Virus record (IMG/VR): IMGVR_UViG_3300042462_000689
DNA length: 64,000 nucleotides
Direction: 5' to 3' (one strand)
From: a virus
Shown in pieces: positions 27,609 through 36,186 of the stretch. Made by a program: the position numbers and the translations under genes. Below the pieces are notes generated by a model. That model did not search any database, was not told where the DNA came from, and was given only the letters and a program-made list of their open reading frames with translations. Each line of letters begins with the position of its first letter. Positions within the stretch are counted from its first letter, which is position 1.

Positions 27609-29071
27609 GCAACAAGCTGATTAAAAATTCCGTCCACAGCTTCCTGCGGGCCAATCGGGAGCTGTTCGAAATGCATGTGCTGGCGTCCGTCTGGTGGGAC
27701 CAGAAGTTCTTCATGCGCGTGATGCCGATGCTCTGCCGAGGACCCGATGAGAAGACACCCTGGACGGATGATTTCTCCGATCCAAAGCGCTCGGCCGTCT
27801 ATCGCGCCATGTACGACTACAACATGGCCTGGATGAGCACCAACCGCGATCCGAAGGCCAGGCTGCAGCCCATCGACATCGGCACGCTGCAAGGCTACCT
27901 GGTGTCGTATGCGCAGGCGGGACACACGCTGACCGAGGACGAGGTGATGCCGGCGGTGCAGATTTGGGTACAGGCCTGCACCATGGCCCAGGCTGTGAAC
28001 ATGCAGTTCATGAATCTGGCGGTGGGAGCTTGGATGGAAAGCCAACGGACTGAGGGAATGCTGAAGCGTCGGCTGAGCACGCGGAACTTTGAGGGCATGG
28101 TGGATCAGCTGGCAAAGATGAAGGCAGCCATGCAGCCCAAGGGGGAGCGGAATCAAATCTTTGGATTCGGACATGGCATCGACAACGAGCAGCTGGAGGT
28201 CATGCGTACGCCCACGCATTTCAAACCATTGGACCGGGCGCTGGGCGGGGGATTCGGGCAGGGGGAAGGGTCGCTCATCATCGCGGCCACCGGCGGGGGC
28301 AAGACGGTGTTTGCCACCCAAATGGCGGCGCTGATGTCCATGAATGGGGCCCGCGGCGTGTTCATTTCCACGGAGCAGCCGTTCCAGGAGTTGGAACCCC
28401 GCATCGTGTCGGCAATATGCCATGTGCCGTTCGACACGATCAAGGACCGGGTGGTTACGACAAAATTCGAGAGAGACCAATTGATGGAATATGCAAAACT
28501 GCGCGAGAGGCTGACCGCCAAAACCTTCTCCTTTGTGAACTGGGATGCCGATTCGGAAACGGATGTGATGGCGGAAGTGGACTCGATCGTCGAACGCGCC
28601 GGCTCCACCATGGGCGGCGTGGATTACCTGATCTTTGACTGGTTGGGGAAGGCCCTTGGGAAAAATGTGATGCATGATCCCGCGCGGTATCGGCTGGCCC
28701 TGCTCTCAGGTGCCACTGCAATCGTGGAGATGGCGAAGAAATACAAGCTGAGCGCCATTGCCATGGCCCAGGGGCATCCGGGACGTTGCAAAAACAATCC
28801 TCGGGTGGATTCCACCTGCCTGACGGAATGTCTCACGCTTGGCAATGACATGACCACCATCGTCGGAATCACCACGATGCTGAAGCCGGAGACAGAAAAG
28901 AAAACATGGGAGGCAAAGGATGAACCCACCTTTGAGGAAAAGCAGTCCTTCTACATGGGGAAGGCGCGCAAATCGCAGGCCTGCAAAGTGCCCGTGGTGC
29001 GGGACTTCGGATATCAAAGGTTCCGCCAATTTACCGCGGCGGACTTCAACAAATACAAACAAGAGAAATGA
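27605..29071 (+). CDS. dnaB: DnaB-like replicative helicase
   Basis: LDRALGGG, AATGGGKT Walker A, FISTEQ, YLIFDW, AMAQ, TTIVGI. Confidence 0.85.
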   Translation: MSNKLIKNSVHSFLRANRELFEMHVLASVWWDQKFFMRVMPMLCRGPDEKTPWTDDFSDPKRSAVYRAMYDYNMAWMSTNRDPKARLQPIDIGTLQGYLVSYAQAGHTLTEDEVMPAVQIWVQACTMAQAVNMQFMNLAVGAWMESQRTEGMLKRRLSTRNFEGMVDQLAKMKAAMQPKGERNQIFGFGHGIDNEQLEVMRTPTHFKPLDRALGGGFGQGEGSLIIAATGGGKTVFATQMAALMSMNGARGVFISTEQPFQELEPRIVSAICHVPFDTIKDRVVTTKFERDQLMEYAKLRERLTAKTFSFVNWDADSETDVMAEVDSIVERAGSTMGGVDYLIFDWLGKALGKNVMHDPARYRLALLSGATAIVEMAKKYKLSAIAMAQGHPGRCKNNPRVDSTCLTECLTLGNDMTTIVGITTMLKPETEKKTWEAKDEPTFEEKQSFYMGKARKSQACKVPVVRDFGYQRFRQFTAADFNKYKQEK

Positions 29072-29295
29072 GTAAAACGATCGACCAAATTGCAAGTGAT
29101 TGCGATCTACACGGAGCGGACATTGAAACGCTGAGGGACATCCTCGAAGACAAGACGGCGGTGATGCAGGAGCAATCCCCGACGAAAGACGGATTCTGTG
29201 ACATCATCGAGGCGCTCTACCGGCGCATTGAAAAGCTGGAGGAGGAGAGGGCAACGCTGGAGCGCAATTTCGCGCAGGCAGGTGGTCTGTGCTGA
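29068..29295 (+). CDS. small hypothetical protein, paralog of next gene
   Basis: MSKT..QIA.DC.L and ALYRRI shared with 29308..29700. Confidence 0.7.
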   Translation: MSKTIDQIASDCDLHGADIETLRDILEDKTAVMQEQSPTKDGFCDIIEALYRRIEKLEEERATLERNFAQAGGLC

Positions 29296-29307
29296 ACCCC
29301 CGACCAA

Positions 29308-29700
29308 ATGAGTAAAACAACCAAACAGATAGCGGAAGACTGCGGACTCGACGATCCACTCGGGAAGATTCTCGATGGAATCCTGACGGAGCGATACAAA
29401 GCGCTCGATCAGGGCGAGGAGTATCTGCAAGAAATCGTCGGCGCGCTCTACCGGCGCATTGTGGTGCTGGAGGAATTGGTCGATGAACTGTGGGTATCTG
29501 AATGCGAGGACATCTTCCTCGTCAGTCAGACCTGCAACGGTGGCGAATGGAACAAGCTCGTCAAAAGCCAGGAGCGGTGGTGGTATTCGGAGCAAGAAGC
29601 GCAGCGCTGGCTGGATACGCAGGAGGACTGGTTCAAGGAAAGCAACAAGGTGTTCAAATGCAGGATCAACCTGACGGACATCCAGAGGACACAACAATGA
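29308..29700 (+). CDS. hypothetical protein, paralog of previous gene
   Basis: Shared N-terminal ~60 aa plus C-terminal extension. Confidence 0.7.
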   Translation: MSKTTKQIAEDCGLDDPLGKILDGILTERYKALDQGEEYLQEIVGALYRRIVVLEELVDELWVSECEDIFLVSQTCNGGEWNKLVKSQERWWYSEQEAQRWLDTQEDWFKESNKVFKCRINLTDIQRTQQ

Positions 29701-29951
29701 GCAAATCAAAGACCAGGAAGAAAACGGTTTCCGAGCTGTACAACGAATACAGCTTCCATATCGGCGGCATGCGCCGCAGCGAATTGGAGGATGAGTTTTT
29801 CGAGATGTGCGATGAAGTGGAGGTGCAGGGACTGCAGGCGGTCTACCCGCACATGGATGGGTTTACAGGGAACAGCAGTGACGAAGTCCGCAGCATGCTG
29901 CTGGATTACTTCGAGGGGAAACAGGAAGGCCGAACCAAATTCAAAGAATGA
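29697..29951 (+). CDS. hypothetical protein
   Basis: 84 aa, ATGA overlaps at both ends. Confidence 0.65.
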   Translation: MSKSKTRKKTVSELYNEYSFHIGGMRRSELEDEFFEMCDEVEVQGLQAVYPHMDGFTGNSSDEVRSMLLDYFEGKQEGRTKFKE

Positions 29952-30130
29952 AATCAAAACCCAAAAAGACTGAAGAACCAAAAGAGACCGGATGGACCTA
30001 TTCCGCATACCGGGCGACGCTGAAAAAGGACGGCAAATTCTTTGCGTTTGTGACGCCGGACGGCAGGGATTGCCTGGGTCCGGTGCAGATAAAGGAATTA
30101 CTGAATGCCCTGAATGCCGGGAGGGGGTAA
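29948..30130 (+). CDS. small hypothetical protein
   Basis: 60 aa, ATGA overlap. Confidence 0.6.
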   Translation: MKSKPKKTEEPKETGWTYSAYRATLKKDGKFFAFVTPDGRDCLGPVQIKELLNALNAGRG

Positions 30131-30131
30131 A

Positions 30132-30671
30132 ATGAACACCGTAATTCAACTCGTCAGCGGTCACTACTTCAATTTCCTCAATCCCGAGGAATCGGTATTT
30201 GGAATTGAGGATGTGGCACATGCGTTGTCGCACATCTGCCGGTTTACCGGGCATGTGCGGGAGTTTATGAGCGTGGCTCAGCATTCCGTAATGGTCAGTC
30301 GTATCGTCCCGCCGGAGCATGCGCTGGCTGGTCTCCTGCACGATGCCTCGGAGGCCGTGATGGGGGACGTGTCGAGCCCACTGAAGGCCCTACTGCCGGA
30401 TTACAAGGCGATTGAGAAAAGAGTGCATGCCGCCATCATGGCGCGCTTTGGACTGCCGTCGGAATTACCAGACTGCGTAAAGGCGGCGGATTTGGTGATG
30501 CTGGCAACGGAGCGCCGGGATTTGATGCCAGCCGAGGACAACGACACTGAATGGTCTGTGCTGCATGGGGTGGTGCCGCTGATGGTGCGCCTTGAACCCA
30601 TGCATCCGGTAATCGCCAGGGCTTTGTTCTTGCGGCGGTATGCGGAGATTACAGGTGGGAAAATTAACTGA
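30132..30671 (+). CDS. HD-domain phosphohydrolase (YfbR-like 5'-deoxynucleotidase)
   Basis: [33 protein letters not shown]. Confidence 0.88.
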   Translation: MNTVIQLVSGHYFNFLNPEESVFGIEDVAHALSHICRFTGHVREFMSVAQHSVMVSRIVPPEHALAGLLHDASEAVMGDVSSPLKALLPDYKAIEKRVHAAIMARFGLPSELPDCVKAADLVMLATERRDLMPAEDNDTEWSVLHGVVPLMVRLEPMHPVIARALFLRRYAEITGGKIN

Positions 30672-30692
30672 GAACACCAACCACATCAATAA

Positions 30693-30998
30693 ATGCGCAA
30701 ATACGAAGAAAAAGTCACACTCGTCAAAAAACGAGTGAAGGTGGTCATTGAATGCGACCTGTGTCGTGCAAATCGGAATCATTGGGCACAGAACCCATGG
30801 GAGATCGGACAGACCGAGGTCAGCATGCGCATTGGGGAGCTGGATCCCGGCGGGGACTTCGGGGAGGACACCACGGTGGATCTGTGCCCGAAATGCTTCA
30901 CCGAGAAGCTGCTGCCATGGCTGAAGACGCAGGGCGTCAAACCCCGCACCGAGAAGTGGGAAGAGCCGAACACACCCAGCCTGGAAGATCGCGATTGA
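30693..30998 (+). CDS. Zn-finger hypothetical protein
   Basis: CDLC...DLCPKC. Confidence 0.7.
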   Translation: MRKYEEKVTLVKKRVKVVIECDLCRANRNHWAQNPWEIGQTEVSMRIGELDPGGDFGEDTTVDLCPKCFTEKLLPWLKTQGVKPRTEKWEEPNTPSLEDRD

Positions 30999-31105
30999 CG
31001 GGTTCTCGTGATGTGTGCGAAGGTGTTGTCGTCCGCAAGGACTAGGGGTACCAATCCTCCGATTGTCGAAGCATCACACTAGACATAAACGCAGAAAATC
31101 TTAAT

Positions 31106-31206
31106 GCCCGCTTGTGGTGGGCCGTATCCTCGTTGGTCCGCCGTGTGATGCCGGCGTAAACCTTTTTGTTGGTCTTGGATACTCCACCACTCGCGGGCGC
31201 CTTTTT
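31106..31206 (+). promoter_or_regulatory. long imperfect inverted repeat plus T-tract upstream of replication-initiator-like gene
   Basis: GCCCGC/GCGGGC, GTGGTGG/CCACCAC and GTATCC/GGATAC nested stems, then CTTTTT. Confidence 0.6.
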
Positions 31207-31216
31207 ATCTACGTCT

Positions 31217-32674
31217 ATGCAAAACTCAGATCCGCACCCAAATCCCCCCAAGCGCAGGACAGCGCGACTCGTAAGATCCGTGGCCCCATGGGAGATCGAC
31301 ATTCTTTGTCAGGAGGTGGAGCAGGCCACCATGCTCCACTACTTCCAATGGACCACGCAGAAGCACATCGAATGGAAGACGCCGCTGGCCATGCGGTTCA
31401 CTGAGGCGGACATCCGTCGGCAGGTATTCGCGGGACGAGGCGACCCCAAGACCGTTCGAAAATGGCTCCGGGCCATGGTGGACGAGAACCTCATCACAAT
31501 CACCAAAGATCCATCCAAGTTCGTGAACGGGTATCCCGACCGAGCGAACTGGATCACTGTCAATATGGAGGAGGTCAATCGGCGGAAAAAGCTGTGGGAA
31601 AACAGGCAGTGGGATGCATGGAATCCAGAGAAAAACAGGCTGCGTCCATCCGGGAATTTTCCCGGATCGTTAGCAGGGGGGATCGTCGGGACAGAACGAC
31701 ACACCCAACAGGTTCAAAACTCCCAAATGGAGGGGGATTGTCCATCCGGGAAATTTCCCGCACTAACAGGATCATCAGAAACAGGAACAAAAAGATCCCT
31801 TCCTTACCTTCCCCCAAGTCCGCAACCGGAGACCATCCGGGATTCCCTCCCGGCGGAGCCGGGTCCCTCCCTTGAAAGAGAAGAATCTTTTTTGGGCAGA
31901 CCCGAAAGCAAAAGGAAAACCGGCAGCGTTAAGAATCTGGTCTGGAGGATCCACCTCGATCCGGTGCCGCAGGACAGCGACGCCCTTGTGACATTCTCCA
32001 GGGACCGCTGGGGTATGCGCCTCGCGCACCTGCTGAACATCCAGACCATCGGCCACCAGGAAGCTCGGAGCTTCAATACCCGGATCACCAACGGCACCCT
32101 TGGAACATTGGAGTTTCTCTGGCTGGTGCTGGTTTGGCACCCCCGGAATACCGGGACTTACGTCGGGGGGATCATGTCGCTGCTCAAACACCTTCCCGGT
32201 CAAATGGAGTCAGCCACATCCCCGGCCCGGAAGGAATTGGATAAAGCGATGCAGGATTACCTGATCACCTCAGACAACCCGAGAGAGATTTCCGACATGA
32301 AAAAGCAGATTGTCTTTCTGTGCGATGTGACGAAGTCCTTGCCAATGACGGATGCCCAAATCCCGGATATGGAGGCCTGGGCCAGCCTCTGGCGGTGCTA
32401 CGTCACCCTGCGCAAGACGGATGTCGCAGAGGCCGACAAGATGAAGGCCCGGTATTTTACCCACCTGCTGGTTCAGGAGGGATACCCGGCGATGGAGGAG
32501 GAAGCCGGGCAGGAAGACCAGCCCGAAGACCCTGAGGAGCCCGCCAGCGAGCTAGACTGCGCTCCGCGCCCCGAGACCGCGGAATGGGCGTACCGGGGCC
32601 ACGGCGCCCTGTTTACGCCACCGCCGCACCCCTGCCCGGAAAGGATGATACTCAACCCCGATTCACATGATTAA
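31217..32674 (+). CDS. putative winged-helix replication initiator-like protein
   Basis: N-terminal HTH-like KTVRKWLRAMVDENLITI...NWITVN, disordered middle, helical C-terminus; architecture typical of phage replisome organisers (inference). Confidence 0.5.
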   Translation: MQNSDPHPNPPKRRTARLVRSVAPWEIDILCQEVEQATMLHYFQWTTQKHIEWKTPLAMRFTEADIRRQVFAGRGDPKTVRKWLRAMVDENLITITKDPSKFVNGYPDRANWITVNMEEVNRRKKLWENRQWDAWNPEKNRLRPSGNFPGSLAGGIVGTERHTQQVQNSQMEGDCPSGKFPALTGSSETGTKRSLPYLPPSPQPETIRDSLPAEPGPSLEREESFLGRPESKRKTGSVKNLVWRIHLDPVPQDSDALVTFSRDRWGMRLAHLLNIQTIGHQEARSFNTRITNGTLGTLEFLWLVLVWHPRNTGTYVGGIMSLLKHLPGQMESATSPARKELDKAMQDYLITSDNPREISDMKKQIVFLCDVTKSLPMTDAQIPDMEAWASLWRCYVTLRKTDVAEADKMKARYFTHLLVQEGYPAMEEEAGQEDQPEDPEEPASELDCAPRPETAEWAYRGHGALFTPPPHPCPERMILNPDSHD

Positions 32675-32694
32675 ACCAAAACACACAAAACAAT

Positions 32695-32970
32695 ATGAAT
32701 GACCTGCGTCCTATTTACGATGAAATGTTGGAACACACCAGTGACAAAGTCACCGCCGCGCTTCTGACCTTGGCTGATGTCATCCAGAACAAACACATGA
32801 TCGATGTGGCGTCCGGGGAAAACTTCGGGCACGAACTGGCTTTGGCTTTGAAGAATGTCTTTAAGAATAGCTCCATTTCGACAACCGCAAGCGTATCCAT
32901 GGAAGGTCCGATTGAAGTATCGGTGAACGTGGACGAAATGCCCGTGGTGACCGTTGAAAACGCAGAGTGA
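32695..32970 (+). CDS. hypothetical protein
   Basis: 91 aa, A/C-rich leader. Confidence 0.7.
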   Translation: MNDLRPIYDEMLEHTSDKVTAALLTLADVIQNKHMIDVASGENFGHELALALKNVFKNSSISTTASVSMEGPIEVSVNVDEMPVVTVENAE

Positions 32971-33413
32971 TGGCAACAGAAGAACACACCCTGCGCCCGG
33001 ACTTCCACCTGGTGGTCGAGCCGCACAATCTGGAATACTGGAACATCCCCGAATACCGGGACAAGATCGCCTCCATCGAAACCGTCTGGCTTTTCGACCG
33101 CAACGTCCACGTCCACTGCGCCGAGCTGACGCCCAGCTACGAGATGTGGCCCGTCGAAACCCGCGTAAATCTAAAGGTGGCCTTTGCCGATGAGGAGGAA
33201 TTGCGTAATGACATTGAGGACATCGTGCACTCCAACTCGGATTACGACATCGGCTATCAGCATGTCCATGATGTGGAGGCGTGGCTGAAGAACCCACAAA
33301 TGAGACACAAGAGACTGGGAGACATAGGAGACGGGGTCTCTTACGAAGAGGAAAGCTACGAAGAGCAACGGGATGCCGCTATCGAGCGTTGCCGGTGCAA
33401 TACCCAAATCTGA
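32970..33413 (+). CDS. hypothetical protein
   Basis: 147 aa, acidic. Confidence 0.7.
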   Translation: MATEEHTLRPDFHLVVEPHNLEYWNIPEYRDKIASIETVWLFDRNVHVHCAELTPSYEMWPVETRVNLKVAFADEEELRNDIEDIVHSNSDYDIGYQHVHDVEAWLKNPQMRHKRLGDIGDGVSYEEESYEEQRDAAIERCRCNTQI

Positions 33414-33416
33414 ACA

Positions 33417-33803
33417 ATGAAAAAACAAGACTTCATCCAGGAATTCATGGAACGGCAGCGAAACCTCACACCCGACGAATGCGCCGATCTGTCGGCGTTT
33501 GTGGCGCAGGAGCTGTTCGGGCATTCGGGGCCCAACCCCATCAGCGACCAAATGCAGGAACTGGAAGAGATGCGCGCCGCCTACGCCGCAATTCGGGAGG
33601 CCTTGCAGGCCTCGCAAATGTTCAAGGACGCGGACATTGACTGGGACACATTCCCAACGAAGACGCTGTGCATGGCGCATGTGGAGATCCTGAAGCTGAG
33701 CAAGAGCCTGAATACTTGCCGGAAGGCATTGGCGCCATTTACGGCAGTCTTCAACCAGCAGCATGTCGCCGACGCCAAAAAAGCGATGGAGGAAACCAAA
33801 TGA
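33417..33803 (+). CDS. hypothetical protein
   Basis: 128 aa, helical. Confidence 0.7.
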   Translation: MKKQDFIQEFMERQRNLTPDECADLSAFVAQELFGHSGPNPISDQMQELEEMRAAYAAIREALQASQMFKDADIDWDTFPTKTLCMAHVEILKLSKSLNTCRKALAPFTAVFNQQHVADAKKAMEETK

Positions 33804-33863
33804 ACATCACCGCCGAGTCCAGGTTTCCTGGGTGTCGGATCAATTGCGTGACGTACTGCTGAC

Positions 33864-35141
33864 ATGCTGACCCCATTCCCCATCCAAACTCCCACCGGCA
33901 TCACCGCCGCCCCCAATGTGGTGCTGCCGCGGGAAGTGGAAATGCTGGCCGGCGCCCTGGCGCGCATTCACGGGCATGTGAACATCCGCAGGGAAAAGGG
34001 CGGCCTGCAAATTATGATGGCTTGCCCGGAATGCCTGCAAAGGGACGGCAAGAAGGAATTGAGTTCCCGGCATCTGGCCGTGAATGCGGAGCGGAATCTG
34101 GGCCTCGGCAAATACGCGATGCAGGTCGGACAGTACAATGCGGACTACTCGGGGTTCTGCATGAAGCACTCGTCCTCAACCGGCAAAGGCATGTTGGTCT
34201 CCGATCTGCTGGTCATGGTTCCTCTGAAAGAGCGCGGATATCCCGATGCTCCGCTGGGAGGCATCACACGCCCCGCCCCCGGCAAATGTCTCATCCCTGA
34301 CGGCAAGGGCAACATGATCCCCGATCATCCCGGTGAGGTGATTTCCTTGCTGGATTTGCCCTCAAATCATCCGGCTGTAGAATATCTGGTCAACCGCGGC
34401 TTCGACATCAAATCGCTGACGGTGCAGTTCCGGGTGGCGTATTGCGTGCAGGAGGCGCCCAAGAACGAGGAAATGGGCCGCTATTATCGCGCACTGCCGT
34501 GCGGGTTCAAGGATACGCCGCAGAACCGGATCATCTTCTACGCGGACATGCAGGGCGTGCAGCGCAACTGGCAGGCCCGCATCATTGAGAAGGTAGTCGG
34601 GGACATCAAATACTTCCTGCACCCATATCAGAATGACTGGATGCCCATCCAGCGCAAGAATCCGTCGACGGGCGAGTGGGAGGTGATGGACCATGTGAAA
34701 AAGGATTCATCGCTAGCGTGGAAACCGCAGAAATACAAATCGGCCTTCAGCTCAGAGCGCAACAACACAATCATGGGGCTGGATGCGGCGATTCGTTGGA
34801 ACAGGCTAATGCGGTTGCCAAAGACATTGGCCATCATCACAGAGGGACCTGGTGACGCTGGTAGATTCGGACCACCAGGAGTTTGCGTGATGGGCCGCTT
34901 CCTGGCAGATGCACAGGCGCGCATACTCCTCGATAACTTCCAGTGCGTGCTTTACGCAGGGCAGAACGCAGTTGAGTCCCGGCAATTGGGAAACCAGATC
35001 GAAATCGCCATGGTAGGCAGGGCGGAATACGCAGCGATCTATCCGCCCGAGGGAACCAAGGACGTGGGCGACATGACAACAGAGGCGGCGTGGGCAATTG
35101 CTCGCGCGGCAATTAAACAACACTTCAAAATTACATTATGA
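33864..35141 (+). CDS. dnaG: DnaG-like primase
   Basis: N-terminal CPEC...FCMKH Zn finger, AVEYLVNRG, TOPRIM IITEGPGDA and KDVGDM. Confidence 0.8.
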   Translation: MLTPFPIQTPTGITAAPNVVLPREVEMLAGALARIHGHVNIRREKGGLQIMMACPECLQRDGKKELSSRHLAVNAERNLGLGKYAMQVGQYNADYSGFCMKHSSSTGKGMLVSDLLVMVPLKERGYPDAPLGGITRPAPGKCLIPDGKGNMIPDHPGEVISLLDLPSNHPAVEYLVNRGFDIKSLTVQFRVAYCVQEAPKNEEMGRYYRALPCGFKDTPQNRIIFYADMQGVQRNWQARIIEKVVGDIKYFLHPYQNDWMPIQRKNPSTGEWEVMDHVKKDSSLAWKPQKYKSAFSSERNNTIMGLDAAIRWNRLMRLPKTLAIITEGPGDAGRFGPPGVCVMGRFLADAQARILLDNFQCVLYAGQNAVESRQLGNQIEIAMVGRAEYAAIYPPEGTKDVGDMTTEAAWAIARAAIKQHFKITL

Positions 35142-35338
35142 GCGCAGAGAAAAAAGAGATCTACATCGCGTCTCGGGCGGTCGGAAAATCAACGGTAAAG
35201 ATGTGCATGCAGCGGCTCAGGGGGGCTAAAGCGACACCTGGGTTGTTGGTGAACTGTCGCAAATGCGACAAATTCACAACGGGGGTATCGGTATCATCTA
35301 CGCGCATCATTTGCGCGCAATGCGGGGAGCCCATTTGA
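35138..35338 (+). CDS. small Zn-finger protein
   Basis: CRKC...CAQC. Confidence 0.6.
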   Translation: MSAEKKEIYIASRAVGKSTVKMCMQRLRGAKATPGLLVNCRKCDKFTTGVSVSSTRIICAQCGEPI

Positions 35339-35339
35339 A

Positions 35340-35915
35340 ATGACCGCCTCTGAACTCTTCCACGCGGACGGCAAACCCACCGGCGTCTTCTACTGCGGGA
35401 AATGCCGCATCGTCCACCGGGACCGCATCATGGCGGACAATTGCTGCGTACCCTATCGTTGCAAGTACTGCGACGTGGAGGTCGACAAATACCGGCTGGT
35501 CTGTGCTGCTTGCTGTAGAAAGCAGGATATTGCCAAAGAGGCTGCCCGATTCGAGAAGGCCGAGAAGCTGACTGCGTGGGATGGTCCCGTGGTGATGCCG
35601 GATAGCGATCGGTATTTCTCAGATGTCGGCGACTACCTCGACCAGATGGAATGGGACGAGGAGCAGACAGAGTGTGAATACCTCTGGACGTGCCACGCGA
35701 AGCCCGTCTGCCATTTGGATTACGACACAATCATCGAGAACGCCACGCAGGAGCCCTACGAGGATTTCGATCCGGAGAGCCTGCGCGGACGCAAGGATCT
35801 GGAGGTGGCACTGGCTGTTTTCAATGAGCTGAACAAAGGAAATGTCTGCTGGACGCCCGACTACAAGGTGGCGCTGCTGCTGCCTAAAACGAAGATAGAG
35901 GAACCAAATGGCTAA
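35340..35915 (+). CDS. Cys-rich hypothetical protein
   Basis: 191 aa, multiple CxxC. Confidence 0.75.
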   Translation: MTASELFHADGKPTGVFYCGKCRIVHRDRIMADNCCVPYRCKYCDVEVDKYRLVCAACCRKQDIAKEAARFEKAEKLTAWDGPVVMPDSDRYFSDVGDYLDQMEWDEEQTECEYLWTCHAKPVCHLDYDTIIENATQEPYEDFDPESLRGRKDLEVALAVFNELNKGNVCWTPDYKVALLLPKTKIEEPNG

Positions 35916-36180
35916 TTACACCGAAGAAGAACTGAAACATTGGTGGGTGGCCAAATGCCCCGAATGCGGGTGGGAAGGGCTGAGCCGGGACGCCGAGGGC
36001 GGACGCGCCATTGCGGACACGGGCGACTACGACGACGTCATCTGTCCCGTCTGCATTCACAATGAGGATGGCAAATGGCGAGGGGACTTCGTCGTCGTGG
36101 AGGAGGTCACCAACTACCATGGAGAAGAACACACCGGAGACGTGCCTTTACGGCGACCTGATTGCGTATCCGAAGAATAA
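35908..36180 (+). CDS. Zn-finger hypothetical protein
   Basis: CPECGW...CPVC. Confidence 0.7.
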   Translation: MANYTEEELKHWWVAKCPECGWEGLSRDAEGGRAIADTGDYDDVICPVCIHNEDGKWRGDFVVVEEVTNYHGEEHTGDVPLRRPDCVSEE

Positions 36181-36186
36181 AACCAA

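Noticed and set aside
30132-30671. HD hydrolase as a DatZ marker of a Z-genome
   Set aside because: Motifs fit the common YfbR-like family, and no PurZ or MazZ is visible in the window.
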